NCBI GenBank assembly: GCA_963676565.1
Contig: OY781089.1
Span: 1,312,001-1,376,000, forward strand
DNA from: Halarcobacter sp.
GTDB lineage: Bacteria; Campylobacterota; Campylobacteria; Campylobacterales; Arcobacteraceae
DNA length: 64,000 nucleotides
Direction: 5' to 3'
Shown: piece by piece, positions 31,548 through 41,496 of the stretch
Numbering within the stretch: position 1 is the first letter of the stretch
Layout of the letters: each line of letters opens with the position of its first letter
The notes under the pieces: model-generated
Database searches by the model: none
Told to the model about the DNA's origin: nothing
What the model saw: only the letters and a program-made list of their open reading frames with translations
Program-made: the position numbers and the translations under genes

Positions 31548-32180
31548 TTAGCCTGTGTAAAAGGTAGAATTAGCTGGAGACATATCCCTAAGTTTTAGAA
31601 AAATCATTGAGGTCATTAGTGCATCATTTAATGCATCATGTTTTCCTAATTCTGGAATATCAAGTTCTTTCATGATAGTATCAAATTTTAAATCTACAAA
31701 TTCATAATCAGAACTTCTTTTTCTTGTTTTAAAATACATTGAACTAACTTCAACTTGATGATTTGGTAATGAAATACCAATATATTTTTTTGTATATTTT
31801 GAAATCATAGCAATATCAAATTTTATGTAATAACCAACTATTGGTCTATTTCCAATAAATTCAAGAAGTTCCATAATCGCAACTTTAGGTTCAACGGCAT
31901 TTTCTAAATCTATAGGTCTTATTTGATGGATTTTAATTGATGCTTCTGTTACTTTTTGTGATGGCTTAACAAAAATATTAAGTGTTTGTCTCATTAATAT
32001 TTTGTTTTGTTTTATAATAACTGCTCCAATTGACAAAATCTCATCTTTTTTGGGATTTAATCCTGTTGTCTCGCAATCTAGGCAAACATACTCATCAACA
32101 GGTGGCTCATCAAAAAGATAAAGATATCTTTCATCTTTTAGATTTCTAAGACGCCATTTGTTCATTAATTTCTTTAACAT
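31548..32180 (-). CDS. DEDDh 3'-5' exonuclease, copy 2
   Basis: DCETTG, YIKFDI, HDALND. Confidence 0.9.
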   Translation of the reverse strand: MLKKLMNKWRLRNLKDERYLYLFDEPPVDEYVCLDCETTGLNPKKDEILSIGAVIIKQNKILMRQTLNIFVKPSQKVTEASIKIHQIRPIDLENAVEPKVAIMELLEFIGNRPIVGYYIKFDIAMISKYTKKYIGISLPNHQVEVSSMYFKTRKRSSDYEFVDLKFDTIMKELDIPELGKHDALNDALMTSMIFLKLRDMSPANSTFYTG

Positions 32181-34000
32181 TATGAAATCTTATCTATTTT
32201 AAATGTGTAAGTTATAAATTTTTTAAAATCATTAACAATTTTAAAACTATCTTTTAGCAAATCCCTTTCAATTTTACCAAGTTTATGGGTATCTATTTCA
32301 TTATTTATTTTTTGATTATCTTGAGCTTTTTGTAAATGGGCTTTAAGTCTTAATGTATTTAATACATCAAAAGCTTCCAGTAGTTCATTTGCCATTTCAG
32401 ATTCTAAGATTTTCTTTTGTTCAAGTATTCTTATTCTATTTGTTGTTCTTGTTTCTCTAATTCTTTCCCTTAAAGCTAAACTTCTAATCCCTTGTACTAC
32501 AGGGAAAACACCAGTTTTTTTTATATCAATTTTATGGGATTTTGTCATAAAATTAGCAACTGTACTTGGGGTATCAAAGGTTAAGGTTGCCTTTGCAAAA
32601 TATGCCATAAATACATCTTTATCATGAAGTTTATTAAACAAATCATCTTTTAGATTAATTAAAAGTTCTTTATCCCCTGCAACAGCAAAAGCATCAAAGA
32701 AAATCGCTAAATCCATATAGTTTTGCATATCAGGATTTTCAATCCATTTTTTTGTTTCTGATTTATATTCACTAACAGTTTTACACCAAAATGGATTTGA
32801 AACCATAATATTACCCGGACATGGAGGATAACCAAAGTCGATAAGTGACTCAGTCATTTGTTGCATAAAAGGTCTATATTGTTCAATATCAATACCATCT
32901 TTTACAACCAAGGCATTGTCTTGGTCAGTTTTCATTATCTGTTCATTTCTTCCTTCACTTCCCATCACAATAAAACATGCACTTTTTTGAAGTTTTAGGG
33001 GAACAATAAACTTAAATAGTTTTTTATAAACTTTTGTGTTTAATTGACCAATTAAATTTGAAATATGATTAACTTTTACACCTTTTGCATTTAATGTTTT
33101 AATGGTATTTATAAATTCACTACTTGCTTCTTTTAACTCTTCAATTGTTTTTGCATTTTTTATTTTAGAATCAACCACATAAGTATGATTTGCAAAGTGT
33201 GATAAAACATCAATTTGCTCTAAAACACCTACCATTTGACAATCATTATCCACTACACCAACTCTTTTAATATTCTTTTTTATTAAAAGGGAAAATGCAT
33301 CAAATAAATAATCATCCTGATTTACAGCAAGCAATGGAAAAATAGCAATATCTTCGACGTGAATGTTCAAATCTCTTCCTTGAAGTAAAACTTTCACCTT
33401 TAAAAGTGAATCTGTAATAATTCCATATTCTCCATTTTGCTTTTTTACAATAATTGTTGAAGTATGGAACTGCATTGATTTCTCGATTGCATCAATTAGT
33501 TTTGTTCCCTCTTCAACTATACATGGAGGGTGTAATACTGTATCAGCAACCCTTGCAATCATAAACGAGGATAATTCAGAAGTATATTTCTTCTCTTTTA
33601 GAGTTTGAAGTTTATTTACAAGATTATTTAAAAAGAAGTTTTTAAAACCTTCATTTTCTTCAAGTAGTTCTAAAAAAGCTTTTTTCTCTATTTCATAACA
33701 AATTAAATCTTCATATACTTTAAAGTTATTTTTTGTTTTCCCATAAATCAATGAGTTTGCATCAAATGAGTCTTGTTGATGGAAATCTACTAAAATCTCT
33801 TCATTTTCATTGTATTCATGAACAATACCTTTGATAATAATAAAAAAATGTTCAGGGATTTTTTCTGGGGTAATTAAAATTTCATCTTTTGGATAATACG
33901 CTATATCCATGTGTTTTATGCATTTGTCCATTTGTTTTTCATTTAATAATTCAAATGGATGGATTTGAGATAAAAATTCTTTTTGGTCTCTAAGACTCAT
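32180..34000 (-). CDS. cNMP-binding + CBS + DUF294 putative nucleotidyltransferase, copy 2
   Basis: GSEGRNEQ...TDQDNA; GYPPCPGNIMVSNPFW. Confidence 0.9.
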   Translation of the reverse strand: MSLRDQKEFLSQIHPFELLNEKQMDKCIKHMDIAYYPKDEILITPEKIPEHFFIIIKGIVHEYNENEEILVDFHQQDSFDANSLIYGKTKNNFKVYEDLICYEIEKKAFLELLEENEGFKNFFLNNLVNKLQTLKEKKYTSELSSFMIARVADTVLHPPCIVEEGTKLIDAIEKSMQFHTSTIIVKKQNGEYGIITDSLLKVKVLLQGRDLNIHVEDIAIFPLLAVNQDDYLFDAFSLLIKKNIKRVGVVDNDCQMVGVLEQIDVLSHFANHTYVVDSKIKNAKTIEELKEASSEFINTIKTLNAKGVKVNHISNLIGQLNTKVYKKLFKFIVPLKLQKSACFIVMGSEGRNEQIMKTDQDNALVVKDGIDIEQYRPFMQQMTESLIDFGYPPCPGNIMVSNPFWCKTVSEYKSETKKWIENPDMQNYMDLAIFFDAFAVAGDKELLINLKDDLFNKLHDKDVFMAYFAKATLTFDTPSTVANFMTKSHKIDIKKTGVFPVVQGIRSLALRERIRETRTTNRIRILEQKKILESEMANELLEAFDVLNTLRLKAHLQKAQDNQKINNEIDTHKLGKIERDLLKDSFKIVNDFKKFITYTFKIDKIS

Positions 34001-34133
34001 TGATAATCCTTAGTATTTGTTAAATTAATTATAGTGAAAATATATATTAAAAAAGTATTAATTGGGAATGAAGCTTTAAATAAATTCATATATAAACCTT
34101 TTTTAAACAAAATGCTTATAAACAAATTTAGAT

Positions 34134-34164
34134 AAAAAAAAAGCCAACCCGAAGGTTGACTTTT
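34134..34164 (-). terminator. Intrinsic terminator with UUCG loop
   Basis: Minus strand AAGTCAACC-TTCG-GGTTGGCTT followed by a T-run. Confidence 0.85.
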
Positions 34165-34169
34165 ACTTT

Positions 34170-36047
34170 TTAGTGATCGTGTGCCTCACCAGCATTGTTA
34201 GGTAATCTAATAGATTCTACTAGATCTTGAATCTCTTGTGGAGGTTCAGGAGTCATTCTAGATACTACTAGTGCTACAATTAAGTGTAATATTGTACCTA
34301 CTGTACCAAATGATGCAGGAGCAATCCCTAGGAAGTAACCATCAGGAGTCCCACCACCCCAGATGAAGTACCACGCATAACCAACAGTTGATAAAAGACC
34401 AACAAGAATACCTGCAATTGCACCTTCTTTGTTCATTCTTTTGTCAAATACCCCAAGGATAATTGTTGGGAAGAATGCCGCCGCAGCAATACCGAATGCT
34501 AATGCAACAACTTGTGCAACGAAACCTGGAGGGTTGATACCTAAGTAACCAGCTACACAAATTGCAGCGATTGCTGAGATTCTTGCCCACATTAACTCAG
34601 TTTTCTCATTTAATGTAGATTTACCAGTTGCTTTGTCTTTAAATATTACTTGACCCATTAAGTCGTGTGAAATTGCTGAAGCAATTACAAGTAATAGACC
34701 TGCTGCTGTTGATAATGCTGCTGCAAGACCTCCAGCTGCGATGAATGCAATTACCCAGTTAGGTAAGTTTGCAATCTCTGGGTTTGCAAGTACCATAATA
34801 TCTCTATCAACATAAAGCTCATTTTCAATTTTTCCAGAATTTCCAGCTGGTTTACCATTCGTAGTCGCTCTCTCTCCGTTTGGTCCAACATTAGTTCCAT
34901 CAAATTGTGGTTTACCTTTTGCTCCATCAAATGCTGCACCTGGAGCATATTGAATTTTACCATCACCATTTCTATCTGTCCATGCTAATAATCCACCTTG
35001 TTCCCAAGTTTTGAACCATCCACCATTATTTGGTGTTCCGTCAGCATGTTTTAATTCACCAGAAACAAATGCTTTATATTCAACATTTTGTACATTCTTG
35101 ATTAAGTTTAATCTTGAGAATGCAGCAACTGAAGAAATAGTTGTATACATAATAGCAATGAATACTAATGCCCATCCAGCAGAACTTCTTGCATCTTGTA
35201 CAGTTGGAACTGTAAAGAATCTAACGATAACGTGTGGAAGACCAGCAGTACCAAGCATTAATGCAACAGTTAATAAGAACATATTTGTTAAGTTTCCTGG
35301 ATTAGTATATGCAGTAAATCCTAAATCAGTAACTGCGGTATCCAGTGCATGTAACAAGTAGGTTCCTTCTGGAATAACTTTAACTCCATCATGGAATGCA
35401 AATGAAGTTGTACCAAATAATCCTAATTGTGGTAAGAATGTATCAGTAACTTGTAATGAGATGAAAATTGCTGGAATCATATAAGCAAAAATCATAACAA
35501 CATATTGTGCTACCTGAGTATAAGTAATACCTTTCATACCACCAAGAACTGAGTAGAAGAATACAACAGCCATACCAATAAGTACACCTGTGTTTACATC
35601 AACTTGTAAGAATCTTGAGAATACGATACCAACCCCTCTCATTTGTCCAGCAACATATGTGAACGATACGAAAATAACTGAGACAACCGCAACAAGTCTT
35701 GCAGTATCTGAATAATATCTATCACCAACGAAATCAGGAACTGTAAATTTACCAAATTTTCTTAAGTATGGAGCTAATAACATAGCAAGTAGAACATATC
35801 CACCTGTCCATCCCATTAAGTAAGCACCACCTGATGATCCCTTAAATGAGATAATACCAGCAAGTGAAATAAATGATGCAGCTGACATCCAGTCTGCAGC
35901 AGTTGCCATACCATTAGCTACTGGGTGAACCCCACCACCAGCTACATAGAAATCTTTAGTAGATCCAGCTTTTGCCCAAAGTGCTATACCAATGTATACT
36001 GCAAAAGAAATACCTACGAATAAATAAATTAATGATTGTAATTCCAT
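34170..36047 (-). CDS. Sodium:solute symporter (VC2705-like acetate permease subfamily)
   Basis: [30 protein letters not shown]; large loop with DRNGDG. Confidence 0.88.
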   Translation of the reverse strand: MELQSLIYLFVGISFAVYIGIALWAKAGSTKDFYVAGGGVHPVANGMATAADWMSAASFISLAGIISFKGSSGGAYLMGWTGGYVLLAMLLAPYLRKFGKFTVPDFVGDRYYSDTARLVAVVSVIFVSFTYVAGQMRGVGIVFSRFLQVDVNTGVLIGMAVVFFYSVLGGMKGITYTQVAQYVVMIFAYMIPAIFISLQVTDTFLPQLGLFGTTSFAFHDGVKVIPEGTYLLHALDTAVTDLGFTAYTNPGNLTNMFLLTVALMLGTAGLPHVIVRFFTVPTVQDARSSAGWALVFIAIMYTTISSVAAFSRLNLIKNVQNVEYKAFVSGELKHADGTPNNGGWFKTWEQGGLLAWTDRNGDGKIQYAPGAAFDGAKGKPQFDGTNVGPNGERATTNGKPAGNSGKIENELYVDRDIMVLANPEIANLPNWVIAFIAAGGLAAALSTAAGLLLVIASAISHDLMGQVIFKDKATGKSTLNEKTELMWARISAIAAICVAGYLGINPPGFVAQVVALAFGIAAAAFFPTIILGVFDKRMNKEGAIAGILVGLLSTVGYAWYFIWGGGTPDGYFLGIAPASFGTVGTILHLIVALVVSRMTPEPPQEIQDLVESIRLPNNAGEAHDH

Positions 36048-36059
36048 TCTTCTCCCCTT

Positions 36060-36314
36060 CTATTCGTGAACGCCGTATTTCTCATCAATACCGTTCATTA
36101 ATTTCACATAAATAAAAATTAATGCAACGAATACATAGATAGAACCTTGCTGTGCAAACCAGAAACCTAATTTAACACCACTAATTTCGATAGTATTTAA
36201 TTCATTAATGAATATAATACCGCACCCATACGAAACAACAAACCAAACTACTAATAGTTTAAGAATTGTTGAAATATTTTCTTTCCAATAAGCCTGAGCT
36301 TTTTCTGGACTCAT
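36060..36314 (-). CDS. DUF4212 small subunit of the solute symporter
   Basis: YWKEN, LGFWFAQQGSI; ATG at 36314 after AGGAG. Confidence 0.88.
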   Translation of the reverse strand: MSPEKAQAYWKENISTILKLLVVWFVVSYGCGIIFINELNTIEISGVKLGFWFAQQGSIYVFVALIFIYVKLMNGIDEKYGVHE

Positions 36315-36374
36315 ATAGTACTCCTTTTTTAAGTTCACTAAAAAGATTAATCTCTTTAGTCATTCAACATTGAA

Positions 36375-36457
36375 AGTTTAATAGCTTAAGGTTGCAAAAG
36401 CGTAGCAATGACATTTTTTTTACATAAATTTATTTGAAGAGTAGTATTAAAGTAGCA
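36375..36457 (-). promoter_or_regulatory. Promoter with two degenerate TAGCA-N6-TAGCA boxes
   Basis: TTGCA 36392/TAGCA 36403; TAGTA 36442/TAGCA 36453; -10-like TAAACT at 36375-36380 (minus). Confidence 0.6.
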
Positions 36458-36491
36458 AATAAGCTCTAGACGAGCCTATTTAAGGGATTTT

Positions 36492-37154
36492 TTAAGCTGA
36501 ATAAAATCTGTCAATTTTATACCCAAGACCTCTAATATTTTTAATAAAGTCTTCTTTTAATGCTTTTTTTAGTCTTGAAATTTCAGCTCTTATAGTAGGA
36601 TTGTCAATATTCTCACCTCTCCAGATGTCAATTCTAAATCTTTCGAAGTCAACAATCATGTTTATATTAAGTGCTAAAATATGAATAATTTCAAGTTGTT
36701 TTTTTGTTAATGTTTGTGGTTCACCATTAAAATATAGTGTTTGTTTATCTTTTGAATATGAATAGTTCTCTGAAAATCTTATATGAGAAGTGTTACTTTG
36801 GTCTTTTTTAAGTATTTGATTAATTTTAATACCAAGTTCTTCTAAATGGAAAGGTTTTTTGATATATTCTCTACAACCTAAGTCGTAAGCTCTTGTAATA
36901 TCTTCTATATCATTTAAAGCTGTTATATAAATAGTTGGAATATAAATTTTCTTTTCATTCAATTCTTGAAGTATTTCAAAACCATCTTTTTTTGGAACGT
37001 TAATATCAAGTATAAGTAGATCAAAACTCATATCAACTGTATTAACAACATCTTCACCATCTGTGAAACTTTCTACCATATGCCCAATATCTTTCAGATA
37101 TTCTGAAATTGCATTATTAAGCATTAATTCATCTTCAAGAAGTAATATCTTCAT
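36492..37154 (-). CDS. OmpR-family response regulator
   Basis: LLEDE, LDINVP, KPF, IRGLGYK. Confidence 0.92.
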   Translation of the reverse strand: MKILLLEDELMLNNAISEYLKDIGHMVESFTDGEDVVNTVDMSFDLLILDINVPKKDGFEILQELNEKKIYIPTIYITALNDIEDITRAYDLGCREYIKKPFHLEELGIKINQILKKDQSNTSHIRFSENYSYSKDKQTLYFNGEPQTLTKKQLEIIHILALNINMIVDFERFRIDIWRGENIDNPTIRAEISRLKKALKEDFIKNIRGLGYKIDRFYSA

Positions 37155-38718
37155 TTATTTTAAACCTATAAGTGAATTTTGTATATTTATCGTTAGAATC
37201 CAAGTTAATTATAACTAAATTCTTATCACAAATCTCTTTTACAATTCTTAAGCCTAATCCAAAGCCACCTCTAGAATTGTTTTCCCTATAAAAATCATCA
37301 AAAATCATATCTATTGATTCAATTTTATCTGAATTTGTTTTTACACTAAACTCTACACAGTCATCATTAAAGTATGTTAGTCTTATATATATTGCTGATT
37401 TAGCATATGAATATTTTATAGAGTTTGAAATATTATTATCAACTATTCTTTGTAGTTCTGTTTTATTAAATTTAATATAAATATCTTCATCAATATTATT
37501 AATAAACTCCAAGTCATTTGCTGTTGCGATTCCATCAAAAAAGTTTAATCTTTCTTCTAAGTATTCAGAAAAGTTTATATACTCTTTTGGGTAATCTACT
37601 CTATCCTTTTTGATTAAGTATGACAAGTCATCGTAAATATATTGAATAATTTTTGCACCACTTTCGATATTTGAAATATATTTATTATCTGGGGTATGCC
37701 TTTTAAGAAGATCAATATTTGTTCTTATAATTGCAAGTGGAGTGTTTACTTCATGCACTGAGTTTTTTAAAAACTTTTTTTGTGATTCAATTAAGTATGT
37801 TAGTTCTTTTGTTTGGTGTTCAACTGTTTCTTGAAGATTTTTATTTAAATCTTCTAACATATGTGTTTTATCTTTGATATTATGCATTGCATCATAGGCA
37901 TAGTTTGCAATTACTTTAAACTCACCAAAGATAAGTCTATCTTGATTTATTCTAGTATCATCTGTTTGTGTCTCTTTAAAATACTTTCCTATTTCTTTTA
38001 CATCATTTACAATTAAAAGTGTTGCATTTTTATAAATAAATATAGAATATAAAACTAACATTATTGTTAAAGATAAAATTTGTAAAACATAATTTGAAAT
38101 TTTTTCATCATATTCTATTTTCTTTTGTTTAACAATCTCTTCAATTTCATCTAGATAAATACCAGTACCTATTGTCCAATTCCAAGGTTTATAAGAAAGG
38201 GCATATGATATTTTTAGGGCATCATCTTTAATTATTGGTTTATACCATATATATTGTACAAATCCACCTTCTTCTTTTTGTGATACCTCAATTATTTCTT
38301 TGATAACTTTTTTACCAGAGGGGTCTGTAAATTCATATAGGTTTTGACCAATTTTTGCATTTGCTATTGGGTAGTAAAGTAGTGTACCCTCAAAATCATA
38401 TACAAAAATGTAATCATCTACATCTTTTGTGTCTCTCATTAATTCTATTGCATTTAATAAATCACTTTTAATCTCTTCTTCTGGTTTTATGTCTTTAAAT
38501 TTCTTATGGTAGTATTCTATAAACTTGAGTGTTTTTTTAATATCTTCTTTTATAAGTTCTTTTTTCTTACTTGCATGGTCAGTTTTTATAATTTCAATTT
38601 TTTCTTGAAACTCATCAAAGGCATTTTCAATAATAATAAAAGTAAAAGAAGAGGTTAGTATTATAATAAAAATAATACTATATAAAATCAAGTGATATAA
38701 CGATTTAGCCTTAATCAT
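37135..38718 (-). CDS. Cache-domain sensor histidine kinase
   Basis: TM-Cache (YIFVYD...GGFVQY.W.KP...KISY...WNWTIGTG)-TM; HEVNTPL; GFGLGL. Confidence 0.9.
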   Translation of the reverse strand: MIKAKSLYHLILYSIIFIIILTSSFTFIIIENAFDEFQEKIEIIKTDHASKKKELIKEDIKKTLKFIEYYHKKFKDIKPEEEIKSDLLNAIELMRDTKDVDDYIFVYDFEGTLLYYPIANAKIGQNLYEFTDPSGKKVIKEIIEVSQKEEGGFVQYIWYKPIIKDDALKISYALSYKPWNWTIGTGIYLDEIEEIVKQKKIEYDEKISNYVLQILSLTIMLVLYSIFIYKNATLLIVNDVKEIGKYFKETQTDDTRINQDRLIFGEFKVIANYAYDAMHNIKDKTHMLEDLNKNLQETVEHQTKELTYLIESQKKFLKNSVHEVNTPLAIIRTNIDLLKRHTPDNKYISNIESGAKIIQYIYDDLSYLIKKDRVDYPKEYINFSEYLEERLNFFDGIATANDLEFINNIDEDIYIKFNKTELQRIVDNNISNSIKYSYAKSAIYIRLTYFNDDCVEFSVKTNSDKIESIDMIFDDFYRENNSRGGFGLGLRIVKEICDKNLVIINLDSNDKYTKFTYRFKINEDITS

Positions 38719-38808
38719 AATTGCAACGCCCTAATTAATAATTAAATTAGCTTAACAAAATATAAATAAAAAACATATAAATTAAAGGGGAAAATAAATA
38801 AAAGTAAA

Positions 38809-38885
38809 TGGCGCGGTTGACGAGACTCGAACTCGCGACCTCCTGCGTGACAGGCAGGCATTCTAACCAACTAAACTACAACCGC
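38809..38885 (-). tRNA. tRNA-Asp(GTC)
   Basis: Cloverleaf, anticodon GTC, CCA end. Confidence 0.97.
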
Positions 38886-38901
38886 AACATTTTTAAATTG
38901 A

Positions 38902-38977
38902 TGGTGGTCGATATAAGACTCGAACTTATGACATCTACCTTGTAAGGGTAGCGCTCTACCAACTGAGCTAATCGACC
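38902..38977 (-). tRNA. tRNA-Val(TAC)
   Basis: Cloverleaf, anticodon TAC, CCA end. Confidence 0.97.
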
Positions 38978-38978
38978 A

Positions 38979-39054
38979 TGGTGACCCGTGAAGGATTCGA
39001 ACCTTCGGCCACCTCCTTAAAAGGGAGATGCTCTACCAGCTGAGCTAACGGGTC
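38979..39054 (-). tRNA. tRNA-Lys(TTT)
   Basis: Cloverleaf, anticodon TTT, CCA end. Confidence 0.97.
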
Positions 39055-39078
39055 GCTCATGAAATAAGTGTATAAAAG

Positions 39079-39155
39079 TGGCGCGGTTGACGAGACTCGA
39101 ACTCGCGACCTCCTGCGTGACAGGCAGGCATTCTAACCAACTAAACTACAACCGC
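39079..39155 (-). tRNA. tRNA-Asp(GTC)
   Basis: Identical to 38809..38885. Confidence 0.97.
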
Positions 39156-39169
39156 ACACTTATACATAT

Positions 39170-39244
39170 TGGTGACCCCTAGGAGACTCGAACTCCTGTG
39201 GCATGGATGAAAACCATGAATCCTAACCGCTAGATGAAGGGGCC
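39170..39244 (-). tRNA. tRNA-Glu(TTC)
   Basis: Cloverleaf, anticodon TTC, CCA end. Confidence 0.97.
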
Positions 39245-39272
39245 AATATTATTAACAATAAACTTTAGTAAA

Positions 39273-39348
39273 TGGTGGTCGATATAAGACTCGAACTTAT
39301 GACATCTACCTTGTAAGGGTAGCGCTCTACCAACTGAGCTAATCGACC
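39273..39348 (-). tRNA. tRNA-Val(TAC)
   Basis: Identical to 38902..38977. Confidence 0.97.
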
Positions 39349-39357
39349 TTTATATGA

Positions 39358-39432
39358 TGGTGACCCCTAGGAGACTCGAACTCCTGTGGCATGGATGAAA
39401 ACCATGAATCCTAACCGCTAGATGAAGGGGCC
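39358..39432 (-). tRNA. tRNA-Glu(TTC)
   Basis: Identical to 39170..39244. Confidence 0.97.
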
Positions 39433-39449
39433 AATATCAATATAAAAAA

Positions 39450-39525
39450 TGGTGACCCGTGAAGGATTCGAACCTTCGGCCACCTCCTTAAAAGGGAGAT
39501 GCTCTACCAGCTGAGCTAACGGGTC
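39450..39525 (-). tRNA. tRNA-Lys(TTT)
   Basis: Identical to 38979..39054. Confidence 0.97.
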
Positions 39526-39563
39526 GCTCTAAAATTTAACTGCTTTAGTTAAATTGGAGTGGA

Positions 39564-39592
39564 AGTATACTGATTTATTTTTTATTTGTCAA
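39564..39592 (-). promoter_or_regulatory. Sigma70 promoter of the tRNA operon
   Basis: TTGACA-17 nt-TATACT on the minus strand; the -35 overlaps the end of the CinA gene. Confidence 0.85.
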
Positions 39593-40091
39593 GGGTTTTT
39601 TGAAAAAATTTTAAAATTTTTTTCAAAGAGTATTTTGCGCTTTGATTTTGCACCTCTTTTCTACTTCCTTCAAAGTGGCAAACTTCAATATTTTTTATTA
39701 GATTTTCATCACATACACCAATTACAACAGTACCAACTGGTTTATCTTTTGTTCCCCCATTTGGACCTGCAATTCCACTTATAGCTATTGCATAACTAGC
39801 ATCAAATTTTTTTATTACACCCTCTAACATTTCATCTACAACTTCAATACTAACTGCTCCATGCTCTTCTAAAGTAGATTCTTTAACATTTAACTCTTGT
39901 GATTTTATTTTATTTGAATAACTAACTATTGCGCCATTAAAAATATCAGAAGAACCAGAGACTTCTGTAATCATTGAGGCAACTAATCCACCTGTACAGC
40001 TTTCTGCAGTTGTTATAGTCTTTTTATTGTCTCTTAGAAGGTTTTGTAGTAATAGAAGTTCTTTTTGTGTAATAAATTGAGATTCCTGCAT
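39582..40091 (-). CDS. CinA/PncC family NMN amidohydrolase
   Basis: AESCTGG, GSS, SGIAGPNGG..KPVGTV. Confidence 0.92.
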   Translation of the reverse strand: MQESQFITQKELLLLQNLLRDNKKTITTAESCTGGLVASMITEVSGSSDIFNGAIVSYSNKIKSQELNVKESTLEEHGAVSIEVVDEMLEGVIKKFDASYAIAISGIAGPNGGTKDKPVGTVVIGVCDENLIKNIEVCHFEGSRKEVQNQSAKYSLKKILKFFQKTLDK

Positions 40092-40137
40092 TTATACTCT
40101 TTATATAATGTATAAGGAAGATTCCTTATACATATTA

Positions 40138-41496
40138 TTATTGTTCGTCGTCTGTTAATTCTTCTTTAAATCTTTTTTCATCAAATGATAAATTTAAATG
40201 TTTACAAACGTGTTTAATATCTCTTTCTGCATTTCCTAAACATGATGTTGCTCCTGGAGATGGTGTCATATTAAATAAAATTCCATCACCTGGATTAATT
40301 GAAGCCTCTCCAAGCATTAGTTTTTGTTCATCTTTATTAAGAACTTGTGGTCTAACTCCTCCAAATCCTTTTGCATATTCAATATCATCTACACTTAGAG
40401 ATGGAACAATTTTTCTAGCATCTTTTACAAATAGTTTTTTGTTTATTCCTGGAACTTCAAATAAGAAGTTTCTAAATACATAGTTTCTAATATCAGAGTC
40501 TTTTAATAAGTCCCAGAAAATTTTAATTGTATTTCCATCAATATTCATTGTTTTTAAACATTGACCAAGTGATTTGAAAATACCTTTATATCTTTCAAGA
40601 ACTAATAAAGCTAAAGCTGTAGGTCCAAATCTAGTTTTTCCATCACAAAGAATATCTGGATCACCATGTAATGCAGCAAATGGTAATTTTGGGTTTTGTA
40701 CCATATATACTTTACCATTTAAGAATTCACCACTAGTAATATAAAACGATCCAGCCATAGATAAAGATCCCATATGTTTACCATAACCCATTTTATGAGC
40801 TAAGTATAATGAGTGAGCTCCTGCATTTACAACAACAAAATCGGCAGTGAATACAGAACCACTTGTAGTTGTTAATTTGAACATACCATTAACTCTTTCT
40901 ATCTCTTCTACTTCTGCATTATAAAAAATGTCAGTTTTTGTTTCTTCTTCTTGAGCAGCTTTTGCTAACTCTTTTGTCATAGCACCAAAATCAACTGTTG
41001 TATATTCACTTTGTGTTCCCATTGCGATGATTGGTTCAGGTCTATCTTTTGTTTGCTCTTTATTGGCATAAACAAGTTTTGGTTCAAGTTCTCTTAATTT
41101 CTCTTTGTCCCATAACTCTAAATAAGGGAAAAGTTCTTTAAATTCTTCATACCTATTTTTAATGAATTCAACTTCTTTCTCCCCAACACCTAATGCCATT
41201 TTTTGATGAGCAAACATAATTTTATCTTGTAACCCTCTCATTAAGTTAAACTTAACAATCATATTTGCAGTTCTTTTTGTAATTTTTGCTTTGTCAAGTG
41301 TATAGTTAGTCTCAATGTCACCAACGTGAATTGTTTGAGAATTACTAGTCCCTTTTGAATTCAAAGTTGCTAAATCTTCATATTTTTCTAACATACAAAT
41401 ACTTTTTGCATCTGTATATCTTGCTAGTTCATAGAATAAAGCAGCACCTGAAATACCACCACCTACAATAACTACTTCATAATGTTTAGTATCCAT
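40138..41496 (-). CDS. mqo: Malate:quinone oxidoreductase (epsilonproteobacterial type)
   Basis: GGGISG, NSQTIHVGDIETNY, LPFAALHGDPD, NMTPSPGATSCL. Confidence 0.8.
   Translation of the reverse strand: MDTKHYEVVIVGGGISGAALFYELARYTDAKSICMLEKYEDLATLNSKGTSNSQTIHVGDIETNYTLDKAKITKRTANMIVKFNLMRGLQDKIMFAHQKMALGVGEKEVEFIKNRYEEFKELFPYLELWDKEKLRELEPKLVYANKEQTKDRPEPIIAMGTQSEYTTVDFGAMTKELAKAAQEEETKTDIFYNAEVEEIERVNGMFKLTTTSGSVFTADFVVVNAGAHSLYLAHKMGYGKHMGSLSMAGSFYITSGEFLNGKVYMVQNPKLPFAALHGDPDILCDGKTRFGPTALALLVLERYKGIFKSLGQCLKTMNIDGNTIKIFWDLLKDSDIRNYVFRNFLFEVPGINKKLFVKDARKIVPSLSVDDIEYAKGFGGVRPQVLNKDEQKLMLGEASINPGDGILFNMTPSPGATSCLGNAERDIKHVCKHLNLSFDEKRFKEELTDDEQ

Noticed and set aside
38809..39525. Repeated 75-77-bp units resembling a CRISPR or repeat array
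   Set aside because: They are duplicated tRNA genes (2x Asp, Val, Lys, Glu); no cas genes or adjacent integrase.
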